This document shows, piece after piece, positions 50,690 through 64,000 of a stretch of 64,000 bases of DNA. The translations under genes and the position numbers were made by a program. The stretch's first letter is position 1, and the number at the start of each line of letters is the position of its first letter. Location of the stretch: positions 55,988,001 through 56,052,000 of the forward strand of contig CM052816.1 in assembly GCA_028534125.1 (NCBI GenBank). Reading direction: 5' to 3'. Below the pieces are notes generated by a model, which did no database searches, was not told the origin of the DNA, and saw nothing but the letters and a program-made list of their open reading frames with translations. This stretch comes from Lama glama. Lineage: Eukaryota.

Positions 50690-51900
50690 AACAATAGAAG
50701 ATTTTGCATCCATAAAACAAGGATAGGGTAGTACGGAAAAATAAAGAACGCTTGGAAATTCAAAAAATACAAAAACTGAAATAAAACATTGTGATAAAGA
50801 GTTGGAAAGTCAAGTTTATCATCCAGCAAGTGGAATAAAAAGACAAAAACAGAAAATAGAACAGAAAGGGGCTGATGACGTGAACAGAGCATCAATCCAG
50901 GAGATCAGACATCATTAAAAAAAAAAAAAAAGGAAGAATGTTTCCCAAGGAAAAATACAAGAAAATGTCCCACATCTGAAGGACACAGAACCTCCAGACT
51001 GAAAGGGCCCTCATGATAAGCAAAATATCCACAAGGAGGCGCATCCCTGACACTTCAGAGCATCAGACATAAGGAGGCAATCTTAAAAGCTTCCAGAGAG
51101 ACAAATCAGGTTATACACAAAATAATGAGAATCTGAGTGTCATAAGACTTCTCAACCCCGCTGGGTAATAGAAGATAATGGAGTAATGACTTTAAAATCA
51201 TCCAGCCAAACCATGAGTCAGGTGTAGGGGTTGATTAAGGGACACTCTCCTTTCTTGGAGCCTGCTGGAAGCTGCCCTTCAGCTAACACAGAGAGCAAAC
51301 CAAGGGAAAGATTGTCGTTGACTCTAGGAAAAGAAAACCCAACAGAAGAGAAGTAGTTTGAGAGAGCAGGGAATTCTCAGCATGACCGCGGTGCAGTAGG
51401 GCTGAAGAGAAACTCACTCAGACTGCATGGGTGGGTAGCGTGCTGTGGGAGAGAGGCCTCCAAGAGAAACATGGAACTGGATTATCAGTAGGCTCGAGCA
51501 CTGGGGCGAGGGGGAAGAAAAACCTACTGGGAGTACTTGACAGAGCAGATGAACCACTTTGGAAAAGAGAAAACAGAAAACAGAATTTGAAAAATTGTTC
51601 ATTCCAGGAAAGGTAAAACTTTATGCAAGATATAATATATAATTAATTGGATCATCACTAAATTATATTTACATAGCCATAATAATTCATTGGCTACTGA
51701 TTTATCTAGACTTTTTTATCCTGGAGAAGAAAGGAAGTAGGAGGTGGCAGTACAACAGACTAAATTATCATCTACCTAATAGGAAGTTAAGAGTTTTAAA
51801 TTGATAAATCAAGAAATAGCAGTATAAATATATTACTTAGAAATATGAAGATAAATGCCAAGTTTAGGGGGGAAAAACTAAATTAGTTCAAAATAGTTGC
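50690..51900 (+). mobile_element. HAL1/old L1 ORF1-like remnant
   Basis: ctccagactgaaagggccc, atcttaaaagcttccagagag, agacttctcaac; A-rich. Confidence 0.55.
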
Positions 51901-52949
51901 CTCCAGGGACTAGAGGACAGATATTTTCATTAAGAACTTCCAGTATTATTTTGAGCACCTACTATATGCCAGACATACACCTCCTTCTCCTCGAGACCAG
52001 AGTCATCAGTCAGTCCACTCCCAAAGAGCCATATGGTGATCCCTTTCATTACCTCCCCCAGGCCCCTGCTCCATCCATATCTGCTTTTTTCATTTCCATC
52101 ATCAATCACTCCTCTCCACTGGCTTGTCTCCCTGTGCTAACTGCTGTGTCCAAGAACTTCCAGCTTGGCAAACTGACTGGCCAACTTTGGCTTCATGCCC
52201 TGGATTCTGATCTCATTTCTTGGCACAGTGGATATCACTGGAATGATATCTACTACTAATGAGCCCCCACTGGGCCCAGCTCCTGGACCTCCCACGTATG
52301 GGTACTTGTCTGGCACAGAATGCCAGCCCTACCTGCCGTGACGGGCACTTAGAAGTACAGGAACTGTGGAAAAACAAGAAAGGAAGGAGAAAGAAGAGTA
52401 AAGGGTGACATCAAAAGATGGCAGGGCCACTGTTAACACTGGGGACTCAAGGGCAGGACATTTGATGAGGGAGGTAAGGAATATGATAAGTTTCACTTAA
52501 CTAAATTGAGTTCAAAGCTTATAGAATTGGGTAGTAATCAGGGTAAAGTGGACAGTTAATCATGATCCAGAAACAGTGAAATAGAATGGGAAAGGTTTTG
52601 GAGTTAATATGTATCCGATTTATATTCTGGCTCTACCAGTTACTACCTGAATTGGCAAGTTAACTTCCCTGAGGTTCAGTTTTCTCATCTACAAAATAGG
52701 GATTGTATCTTGATTAGGAAAGAGGCATGACAAATTTGAGATATCACCAGGGAAACAGAAAGTGATTCTTAGTGGCTGTGGTGTGAAGATAGATTGGAGC
52801 TGTCAGGACAGCAGGTGGGTATTCTGACTGCAGTGGCAGAAGATCAAGGATGGTGGGCTCAAGGGGTACTTGAGGGAGGAGGCAGCCAAGAGTAGAGAGA
52901 AACGGAACAATTAAGGAAATACCTGGGAGGCAGAACTAGTAGGATGCGG

Positions 52950-53780
52950 TGATCTCTTGGTTTGAAGCAGGGAGTTGGCAGATGATGTCAATGCTCCCCC
53001 TGTGTGCGCTTGGATCCCTTTACCAAGTTCATGCTGTGTTTTCACTTCCAATAGCCAACACCTGCAAGGAGAGCCAGACTATCTGGGATTCACATCGCCA
53101 TGGGGAGAGACAGAGCAAATGGCTTCTGGCGCAGAAGTATAACTCCTCCCAGCTTCCTTGACCCTGGTCCAGACTGCTCTCAGGTATGACTGTCTCCAGA
53201 CTCTTCCATGGAGTTGAGCCTAAATCCCCCTCCAACGGACTTTGTTTGATATCAAATACTTGCTTCACTTCCTTTTCTCCCATGTTTCCCTTCCTCCCTC
53301 CCTTACTGTTTTTTCCTAGTGGCATTTCCTGAGTCAGTTTCACATGAATCCTCATCTCAGGTCTGCTTCTGAGGACTGCATCCTAAGACAGTGTGGTAGT
53401 CAGTAACACTGCTTACTAATGTTTCTGTTCTCTGCCTTCCGGGCACGTGGTAAGGTTGTGCTTCTTGGCCGTCCATGGCTGGGTGATAGGGCCAAGTTAT
53501 CACATCTAGCAGGGGTGATATGTGTAGCTTTGGGGCTGAGCATCAAATCGCCGGGATGGAACCCTTCAGAGCTCTTTTCCTTCTGTTACGCTGACCAAGA
53601 ATGTCCCAGATAGTGGCTGCTCTCTCAGCCTGGGACCTGGGGGCGGTATGAGAAAGTGGGGCAGAGCCCTCACTTGGACTCCGTAGTCAGAAGGAGAAAT
53701 AAAATCCCACTGTGTTAAGCCACTGAGAGTTGGGGGTTGTTTGCTTAACAGCAGTATAACCTAGCATGTTCTGACAACGA
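52950..53780. mobile_element. Adjacent old ERVL (LTR16/33-like) and MLT1 LTRs
   Basis: gaatcctcatctcaggtctgcttctg..ctaagaca then tgtggtagtcag..tgttaagccactgagagttggggg. Confidence 0.6.
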
Positions 53781-55199
53781 CAGACGGTGAGAAAAGAGAG
53801 GAACCAAACATCACTAAGATTGCTTCTGCCTTAGGCTGGTGGATGGACGGGGCTGAGAAAAGCAAGCAGAAAGAGCTGGATTTTGTTTGTTTTTTTAGGT
53901 GGGGAATTCAGTGCAGCTTTAGACGTTTTTGAGTTTGAGATGCTTGTGGAAATCGAAACTGAGATGTTGAGAAGACAGTTGGTTCTGGATCTCTGGAAAG
54001 TGATCTGAGCTGGAGACAGATATTTAGAACATATGTAGTAATTTAGGAAAATAGGAATAGAAAATCAGGACCAAGGGAAAAATAAAATGCATAGGTACTA
54101 ATAATAAACATTAACAAAGATGCTACGATTGCAGTTTGAATTGGGCATTAAACTTCCTGGCCAGGGAAACAAAGGACACATATTCTAATGTATGACTCTC
54201 ACTGTTGGAAAGAAAGAAGTATATCGGTTCCTTCTCTTGAACTAAATTTCAGAACGTCCCCCTCCCACTTCAACCAGAGTAACTTCTAAATAATACTGTC
54301 TTAGAAAAGGAATTTCATAACCCCTACCCCCACCACCAAAATGGAAAATTACAGCTGATCTTCCCTGAGTATCACTTTGGGGTAGATTTGTGATATAAAC
54401 TGAATGGCAGAAAATTCAATATCTATTCTCTGAGGATCTCCAAATGGTAGAGTCCCAGGGGTATCTAGGCAAAGCTGACGTTTCTCCAGAAAGCAGCTTT
54501 GGAACTTTCCCAGCATTTATTTTCACTATCAGGTTGTCCTGTGAAGTTCAATTTTGTGGCTGGTAGCCCATCTTGATCACGAGTTTGGACAGTGCTGCTC
54601 TGTATTTGCCAGCATCTCCACTGAAGAGTGACTGCTACTGCTTTTGTAGGCACAGAACTTTCCCAACGAGTATTATAATGTCTTCAACAGAGCAGAAGGG
54701 AATAGTCAACCACAAAGGGGCCTGGAAGTGATTTTAATCATGGAGAATGACATTGCAAGATGACTACAATACTTAGCTAATGTGATGTGTAGGATTTCCT
54801 TTCACAGAACCGCAAATCAACTCAGTTCACTGAACAGACGTGGTCATTGGTAAAGCAATTCATGTATTTGCTGGCGTCTGGTAAGTTTTGTGAGAATGAA
54901 AGACTAACTCTAGCATATCTGTAAAATATCAGCATTTGAACAAAAAGCAACTGTAGGAAAGAAAACAGAAAAAAAAATCACAAAAAATAAAAAATTTAAA
55001 TTTAAATATCATATAAGAACTACCAATATATGTTCAATAAGAAGCCATGATAAAAGTCTTGTTTTATAGGGTTAATTAAGTCAACTAAAGCACACGTTTG
55101 GTATTCACGGTAAAGTCTAGAAGGAAAAGCCACCGTTCTTTAAAACACAAAGGCAATGATTTAAGTGTTCTCTTTAAGCTTCCTCTTCTAATGGGTTCC

Positions 55200-56170
55200 A
55201 TAGGGTTTTATGGGAAACCTTAACTGTAAAAACACTCATAGAATGGGCAAAACATAGAACAAGGATAAAAAGCCAGTTGTAGGCACGAAAAGCACAAACA
55301 ATGAAAGAAAAGATTAATACATTTAGACATTAAAACCACAATTTTCTATTCATCAAAAGGTACTATAAAAATAATTAAAATTTCTTGCCATCAAAAGACA
55401 CTGATGATAGTAATGTATGTTTATATACTGCTTCCTAGATGCTAGGCACTGTTCTAAATACATTATGTATTTGCTTAATAATACTCAGTACTTACTGGAT
55501 AACACAATAATACATACTTGCTTAGTAATGTTACTTCATTTTACAGATGAGAAAATTGAGGCACAGATGATTTTTTGGTGAAACACAAGTCATGGACCAG
55601 GAGAATATATCCAAAACACACATGCACGTGCACACACACACACACACACAGAATTCCTGTGAAACAGTAAATAGAATAAAAATTAGCCAGTAGAAGAATG
55701 GGGGAAAGGGTGTAAATAGAAGAGGAGACCCAGTGGTCTGTAAGTGTGAAAGATGTGCACAGTCTCAGTAGTAATAAGAGAAATGCATAGCAGAACAATG
55801 ATGAGACCACATTCTCAGTGCAGCCCACCAGCGAACAAGACTAACAGTAGTGAGTGTTGGTAAGAATACAGACCAGCTGAAACATTATTCCACTGGTGGC
55901 TGCAGCAGAAATGGGCACAACCAGTTTGAAGAACAATTCGACCTTATCTAGTAAAGTTGAACAGACTCAGCGCTTACAATCCAGTAATTCCACTCCTGAA
56001 AAGACACTCTGGAAAATTCAAGCTCATGAATATAAAGAAACATGAGCAGAAATGCCTACTGAACAGTATTTATAATGGCTAGTTATTGGAACCATATTAA
56101 TTTCTACCAATAGGAGATAAATTGTAGTTGATTCACGTGCTAGATTAATACACAGCAGTGAACATTAATG
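55200..56170 (+). mobile_element. Old L1ME fragments with an embedded MIR (~55430-55600)
   Basis: ttctattcatcaaaag, ccagtaattccactcctg; cattttacagatgagaaaattgaggcacaga. Confidence 0.6.
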
Positions 56171-57224
56171 ACGTGCACCTGCCAGCCTGTATCTCTGTGA
56201 ACTTCTCACTGTTCTCTCCTCTCTGCTTCCTGGGTTTACCAGATCTTTCTCCTCACATGATCTTACTGTGAACAAGGCAAATACAATCCATTGCCTTTCT
56301 GTTTATTAAATTACAGGGTTTTGCGGGTTTTTTTCCCTTTCTTTCTTTTTTGAAATCCAAGCATCTCTAAATTCTTCAGTCACATATTTATACACAATTG
56401 CTTGTCTTTGTCCTCCAGAGGGCTGATCACATACACGGTGTATGTGGTTTGCTTGTTTTATTCTGTGGTAGCCTTATTTCTAAATCACTGGGTAAGAGAC
56501 ATCTCACTGTGGCCTCCAGATAGAAAAAACACCCTTGTGTGTGCCAAGTTTTGAAAGATAATTAGAGTTTGCCTAGCATCCTATGGCAAGTAAGGGCATT
56601 CCAGCTGGAGGAACGAAATTATGTAAAAGCACAGAGACGGGATACAGCTGGGCTTGTTCAAGGACCTATGAGCAGTTTATAAAGCTCTCAGCGTGAGTGC
56701 AGCAGTGTCAAGGTCAAGCCTGAACACAGGGGTGTCAGATGGGAGAGGGAGGGCTTCATGTCTTGGGAGGGGCGAGGGAGCCCATAAGACAGGAATTTGA
56801 CTTCTCTGCATGTTTATTAGTCTTGCTCTCACACTGCTTCCCCTTAGCTTTTGTTCACCATGGCCTTAGCAAGTCACGTCAGCGTATTGATCCTGAAAAA
56901 TAATCACTGAAAGGACCCCAGTTTTGAAGAACGCGCTTAGGAGGAGCAGTGTTCCTTTTGCTCCCCACTGTACATTCCTTGGAGAGGTGGCTGGAGGTGG
57001 AGGTAGGCTGTGGCCTGATCGCGTGGGGCTTGGGACAGTGGGCTAAGAGCTGGGACTTAACCCAGCTTGTGATGTGCCCAGCAAAAGGTTTTAGGCAAAG
57101 GAATAGTCCCCCAAAATCCACAGATGTGAGAGTAAACACACATTCCTCCACACACGTGAACATTTATGTGCACGTATGGATAAATAGACACACTATTTAG
57201 AGGCATTAGATTCTCTATAAATGT

Positions 57225-57422
57225 ATCAAATATATATGTGGATATATATACAATTGCTTAGTTCACTGTACTTACACACATACGGTATGTTATATATATA
57301 CACATACATGTATGTGTATACATATATAGTCTGGTAAGTATGTATATGTAAATAAAATGATATGTATGTATGTATGTAGTGTGTGTGTATATATGTATAT
57401 CTAGATCTATATACTATATATA
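57225..57422. repeat. TA/TG-rich low-complexity tract
   Basis: Direct reading. Confidence 0.8.
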
Positions 57423-59599
57423 GGGAGTAAAAAGCAGTTGGAGAGAGTCAGAGAGATGGAGAAACTGGATGGATACCTACCCACACTATTAACAGTGGTT
57501 ATACTTCAATAAAAAAAAAAACTGGAAAAAACTTAGGGAACATTATGCAGATATAGGCTAATAGTGAACACACAATAAATGTCCAACATTCTATGGAAAT
57601 AAGAGAGCAGTGGCAGTGGTGTGAGGTAGGGACTGGGGTCTGCAGAGGCTGGAGGAGGAACTGACTGGAGATCAGTCAGGAAGTCCTTGCAGCAGATCCG
57701 GGAGAAGATGAGGTGTGCAGTATATGCACTCTGTCACTGTGGAGGCTCTGTTCCTGCTCCTTGCCAAACTGGGAATCTGCCTCCCAGCCCAACTTCTCCA
57801 CATACGGAGATTCTGCTCATCCTTCAAGGCTGAGTTCAAATCCTGGTTTCTTCATAAAGCCTCCCCAATCCCAGTCTTCTTGCAGGAGTCGCCTCCTCAG
57901 TGTTCCCACAGCTTTTTCTTTTATCTTGTTCCATCACTAGTTATTTATACCTCTCAACCAGACTGTAACAGCTTTGAAGGTAACAGCCATTTCTCTCTCT
58001 AGCCATTAAAAAATAATCTCTTGATTCTAGCACAGGGCTTTGCATGTCATAGATTCTCAATAAATGCTCCTTGAATGAAAATCTTTCAAAAGAACCATAT
58101 CTTGAGATAGAAACCATTTTAAAGTGACAATTTCCTTTCTTTTCCTGATGTCACTTATGATAAATAAACAAAACTTTTCCCTAATTTCATTACACTTCAA
58201 TTTAAAAAACTGTAATAACCATATATCCCCAAAAAGTTTATTTTCCTAAACAGTGAAATTTGAAGTTCTGTGTATCAGTGTCTGCTTTATGGAATTTCAA
58301 CCTTGTCTTCCCAGAAGAATCACCTGGGGAAGTGTTTTAAAAGTATGCTCCCCATGTATTTTATTTTGAAAGTTGCTTGGACCTTAAAAGTAGATCTTAA
58401 AAGTTATCATCACAAGAAAAAAAATTGTAGCTATGTATAGTGATGGATGTTACCTAAACTTCTTGTGGTGATCATTTCTCAGCATATACAAATACTGAAT
58501 CAGTGTTGTACACCTGAAACTAATATAATGTTATATGTCAATTATACTGCAATTAGGAAAATACAGTTTCCAGAGTTACTTACAGAGATTTTGGTTCAGT
58601 TGTTCAGGAGTGGAGCCCATGCCTTTATTCTAAAAGCTCCTCAAGTGATCTTGGCGTGCAGCCAGGGCTGAGCGTTCCTGCTCTAGTCCACCCCGGAGGA
58701 GTTGGACAGTAGTACAGTTCCTTTGAACTCCTTTACCAGAGGGAGATCAAAGACATCACCTGGATTCACTTGAGATCAGTCTCACTTGGCCATCTGGCTG
58801 GCTCTCCAGGTCCTGCTCAATTCCACCAAAATTCTAACAATGTTGAAGCCCCACCACCCTGTCCTCTCACCCCCTCAGCACACACACAGAGGTCACGAGC
58901 TTTATTCTTATTTCACTTTTTAAAAAAAATCATAAACACAGAGCACCTTATATTTCTTCGTAGGACACTGGAACATCTCAAGGCACCATCAGTATGTTCT
59001 CCTTTGGTTACTGTAACAACCTGATGTGACAGAAATGGACTTAATAATATTGCTGTGATTTCATGCTTATGTTTCTTTCTCCACTGACGCCTGCTTTTGA
59101 GATATTCAGGCTGTGTCTAACCTAGATGTTATGTTCAGAATCCCAGGCCTGGAGCATGCCCCATCTGCCTCCCCTTCCAGCCGGTGTGTGTTATGAATGC
59201 TAAGTTAAGGCATTTGAAGGAGAGGATACATTTCCAACTAGATTCTCCCTGCTGTCACCTTCATGTGTCTCTTAGTTTTTTTTTTTAATTTTGTTTTTCA
59301 TTGAAGTGTGTTGACTTACAATCTTATTTCACTTTTTTAAAAACTCTACTCATAAGTTTGACAGATTATACTGAACTTTGCCGTTTTCCATTTACAGTTC
59401 ACTATAAATGTCTTTGAAATAATTCTTCCAACTTTATGGCTTCATATTTTTCAAAAATACACTATTCATATAAAAAGATACAGGTGTATGCATGTTGCAT
59501 ATATGTAAGCACACACACGTATGTATATCCCTGTATCTATTGTTCTGCACCTTCCTTTTTTTTTTTTCAACTTTTTCTGGGGTCTTTCAAGCATACAGA

Positions 59600-62529
59600 A
59601 GAATATATATAAGAAGTAAATAGTCAATAAATGGAGGCATAAATCCAAATGACCAGTAGGCATATGAAAATATTCTCAATCTCATTGTAATTAGGAAAAT
59701 GCACAAACTACAGTAAGAATATATTTTACATCTATCATCTTGTCAAAAGTTTAAAAGTCTGACAAGGGGAAGGCGTGGAGCAATGGAATGCTAAGATACT
59801 GCTGATTTGAGTAGAAGTTATACAGCTGCTTTGGAGAACAAGTTGGCAGTATTTCGTGTATTAGTCAGCCATGCCATGATAATTCTGTGTTAAAACAACA
59901 ATAAGAACAACAACTCCAAGTGAGCAAAGATTTCTTAAACAAGACACAAGAGAAAAATGAAAAGAAATGAAAACTTTGATAAGTGAACTTTATAATCTAT
60001 TCATTAACACTGTTAAAAGGGTGAAAAGAGAATCTAAAAACTAGGAAAGATATTTGGAATAATACATCCTACAAAGGACTTATATCCAGGACATATAATC
60101 CCACAGATCAATAAGAACAAGAAAAAAAGGTAAAATTAAAAATAGGCAAAGTCTTGAAGAGACACGAAAGCTGATATTCAAGTGGCCAATATGCACATAA
60201 AAAGATGTTGTTCATCAAAGAAATAAAAGGATGGAAAAATATACCATAGAAACAGCAAAAGAGAACTGGAGTGGCTATGCAAATGTCAAAGCAGACCTCA
60301 ACATAAAAAAAGTTACCAGAGATAAAAAGTGACATTTTATCATGACAAAAGGATCAGGAAGGTATAACAATTACACACATAATACTTACCTAAAATTGAG
60401 CCCGAAAATACATGAAGCAAACTTGACAGAATTGAGTGGAGAATTAGACAGTTCAATAATAATAGTTAGATTTGAACATCCAACTTTCAATAATGAATAG
60501 ACTTAAAAGAAAACCAGCAAGGAAATAGAAGGCTTCAACTACACTTAACAGACACACACAGAATGTTTCACCCAACAACAGCAGAATACGCTTTTTTTTT
60601 TTTTTAAGTACACATGGGAAATTCTCCAAGATAAACTATATTTTAGCCCAGGAAACAAATATCAGTAAATTTTATCTATCTATGTATCTATTTATCTAAT
60701 GGAGTTTCTGGGGATTGAAGCCAGGACCTCATGTGTGCTAAGCACATGCTCTACCCTTCCCCCACTAAATTTTAAAAGATTGATATTGTACAAAGTGTAT
60801 GTTTTCTAATCACAATGGAGTGAAATTAGGAATTAATAATGTAAAAAATTTGGAAAATTCACATATATGTGAAAATTAAACAGCATACTCCTACATAACC
60901 AATGGGTCAAAGAAGCAATCCCAACAGAAATTTAAAAACACTTTGAGGTAAATAAAAACAAAAATAGTGCTAAGTGGGAAAGTTATACTTGTAAAAAAAT
61001 TTAAAAAGAAGAAAGATCTATCATCCAAAAAAAACACAAATAACAAGTGTTGGTGAGGAAGTGGAGAAAAGGGAACCCTTGTACACTGTTGGGGGAATGT
61101 AAACTGGTGCGGCTTCTCTGGAAAACAATATGGAGGTTTCTCAAAAAACTAAAAATAGAACTACCAAATGACCCAGCAATTCCACTCCTGGTTATATATC
61201 TGGAAAAAACAAAACCACTAATTTGAAAAGATACATGCACCTCAATGTTCACAGCAGCGTTATTTACAATTGCCAAGATATGGGAACAACCTAAGTGTCC
61301 ATCAACAGATGAATGGATAAAGAAGATGTGTTGTATGTATATCCAGTGGAATATTACTCGATCATAAAAAAGAAAAATTGCCATTTGCAGCAACATGGAT
61401 GGACTTGGAGAATGTTATGTTAAGTGAAATAAGTAAAAAAGACAAATACAGTATGATATCACTTATATGTAGAATCTAAAAAATACAACTAGTGAATATA
61501 AGAAAAAAGAAGCAGACTCCTTACACTGCCAAGATATAGAAGAGAGAATACTTCATAACTCATTCTATCAGAGTTCAGCATTACTATGATAACAAATCCA
61601 AAGATATCACAAGAAAACTGCAGACCAATGTCACCTATGATCACAGGTGCAAAAATCCTCTGCAAATACTGGAAAGCCAGATCCAGCATCACATAAAAAG
61701 TATTATACACCATGACTGACTGGGATTTATCCCAAGAATGCAATGTAATACATGATATTCATAAACTAAAGGAAAAACCACAGGATCATCTCAACAGACA
61801 TAGAAAAAACATTTGACAAAATCCAACACCCTTTCATGAGAAAAAACACTCAACAAAATAGAAGGGAACTTCCTCTGCCTGATAAAAGGCATCCATGAAA
61901 AACCCACAGCTAACATCATTCTTAATGGTAAGTGACTGAAAAGTTTTCCCCTAATATCAGGAACAAGACAGAAGTCTGCTCTCATTACTTCTCAACATTG
62001 TGCTAGAGGTTCTAGCCAGGGAAATTAGGCAAGAAAAAGGAGGAAAAAAGGGGAATCAAAATTGGAAAGGAGGAAGTAAAACTATTTCTATTTGCAGATG
62101 ACATGATCTTGCACGTAGAAAATCCTAAAAATATCTGGAAAAAAATGATTTGAGCTGATAAACAAATTAATCAAAATTGCAGGTACAAGAGCAATGTACA
62201 AAAATCAGTCATTTCTATATACTAACAATGAACAAACAGTCTGAGAACTGAATTAAGAAAACAGTTTTAGTACAATAGCATCTGGAAGAATAAAATAAAA
62301 TAAATTTAACTAAGAAAGTACAGGACTTGCACACTGAAAACTATAGCAATGTTAAAAAAAAAGACGCTCTAAAGAAATGAAAAGATATCTGGTGTTCATA
62401 TGTTGGAAGACATAATATTGTTAAGATGACAGTAATCCTTAAATTGATTTACAGATTCAATGCAATCTGTATCAAGAGTTCAACCACCTTTTTTGCAGAA
62501 ATGGACAAACTGCTTCTAAAATTTATATG
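59600..62529 (+). mobile_element. Composite L1 block: old L1 ORF2 (EN and RT regions), nested SINE (60672-60765, -) and younger L1 3' piece (61020-61520)
   Basis: tgggatttatcccaagaatgcaa, catttgacaaaatccaacaccc, tttgcagatgacatgatct (FADDM motif). Confidence 0.88.
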
Positions 62530-63191
62530 TGTTTTGTTTGAGGGTGGTGGTAGCAAACTATACTCAGAGACTGAGATTATCTTTGCCAATATTTATTTAT
62601 TTTGACACAGGTTTACTGCAGGAATTATAATTTCACAAACCAATAGCATATAGGGTAATGTCTCTTAGTAAGTCAATAAAAAACATAGCTCAGACAAATG
62701 ATCGATTCATGACACTATTGTTCCAGGCAAGGGGAGATAAAAGGAATAAAGTCCAAATTTAGTTCAAGGTATACCTTTATGCAAGTTGGTTTTGGGGAGA
62801 GGCAGCTTAATCAACCATCAGCTGACATCCAGATGCCAGAAGAACAAAAATGAAAAGTCCCCTGTTGCTAGAACACGTTGCTAGGGAACCATGGCGCTGG
62901 TGTTGGCGGGCAGATGATCTTCTTGGGGACGCTGCTGCATGGCTTGCAGCACTGCTGCTCGAAGAGTTGCCTTTACCATGTCAGGTGCTAATGCCTTAAG
63001 GTCTTCAGAGAGCTATTTAGATCAGCAAAGGGTGGCCTTACCCAAACCGAACACTCTCAGGCTGTCCTCACAAACTCTCGGTATTTACAGGTCTAAATGT
63101 CCCTTCGCCAGAGTTTCTTCTTCATATGTTCTTCAGCTGAGCTACTGAATGCTTATCAGCAGCCACAGATGTGGATAATAACATCCTGACA
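62530..63191. mobile_element. ERV solo LTR, 662 bp
   Basis: TG...CA termini with 4-bp TSD TATG, interrupting L1. Confidence 0.7.
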
Positions 63192-63344
63192 TATGATTTC
63201 AGTTTTTTATCAAAACAATATCTTCATTCTTAAAAAAACTTCATTTTTATCATAAACAAGGAGATTTAAAATCCTATCAAATGACTCTGCAACAATTACG
63301 GAAATGCCAAACAATCTTGAAATGACTGAGTCCATCAACCAGAG

Positions 63345-63735
63345 AAGGGGCAAATCCATCATGGCATTTTTATAAATGGAATACTGCACAGAAATCAAGG
63401 AGAAACAGCTACTTCTTCTACACTCAGCAATGTGGGTGAGTCTCACGCACATAATGTTGAGCAAAAAAGTCAGACAAAGAAGTTCATACTGTATGATTCC
63501 ATTTATATGAAGTTCAGAAACATAATGTTGTCAGGTGTCAGAATGATGGTTACCTCTAGGGAGAGGTACTGACTGGGAGGGGGTTTGGGGGGACCCTGCT
63601 GACATGTTGGGAAATGTTCTCTATCTTGATTTGGGTGGTAGTTACTAGGTGTCTACATATTAAATATTCATTGAACTGTACGATTAATATTAGAGACCTT
63701 ATGCACTTTTCTGCAAATGTGATGCCTTAGTTAAA
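63345..63735 (+). mobile_element. Old L1MC/MD 3' end
   Basis: atactgtatgattccatttatatgaagttc, ggaaatgttctctatcttgatttgggtgg. Confidence 0.8.
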
Positions 63736-64000
63736 TTTCAGAAGTTTATATCCCTTTGTCTCATCTCAGTTTCTCTATTGTGTGAGTAATCTCACCATCT
63801 ATACAGTTTTAATAAAGGGAGTATCTATGATGTTTACTCAAAATGCAGATTCTTTGGTCCCATTCTAGATGTTCTGGGTTGGAATCTTTGGAGGGAAGAG
63901 ACTCAGGATTCAGCGTTTTTAACATTGAAGCTGGAGAGGAGTGCAGAGAGCCTGCACACTGAAGGCCAAGTTCCAGCCCAGCCCCCACCCCCGGTGGCGC

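Noticed and set aside
63940..64000. Start of a CpG island/promoter
   Set aside because: Only ~30 GC-rich bases at the window edge; insufficient evidence

Overview
Mammalian, repeat-rich, apparently intergenic or intronic DNA. Ten copies of a tRNA-derived SINE and the L1 3' ends suggest a camelid (inference). There is one 100-N assembly gap, and I could not support any intact protein-coding gene. The standout is at ~230-2000: a decayed endogenous bornavirus-like element with a near full-length nucleoprotein (N) relic followed on the same strand by a matrix (M) relic. An old MLT1 LTR separates the two, and there is no room for X/P between them. Also present are processed pseudogenes of ATXN10 (2152-2888) and NME2 (~46100-46460), a short TSD-flanked orphan retro-insertion (45823-45964), and a dense cluster of nested ERV solo LTRs (26-40 kb). 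The rest is ordinary L1/L2/MIR/MaLR/DNA-transposon relics. Protein and repeat-family comparisons were made by eye against recalled sequences, so subfamily names and most boundaries are approximate.
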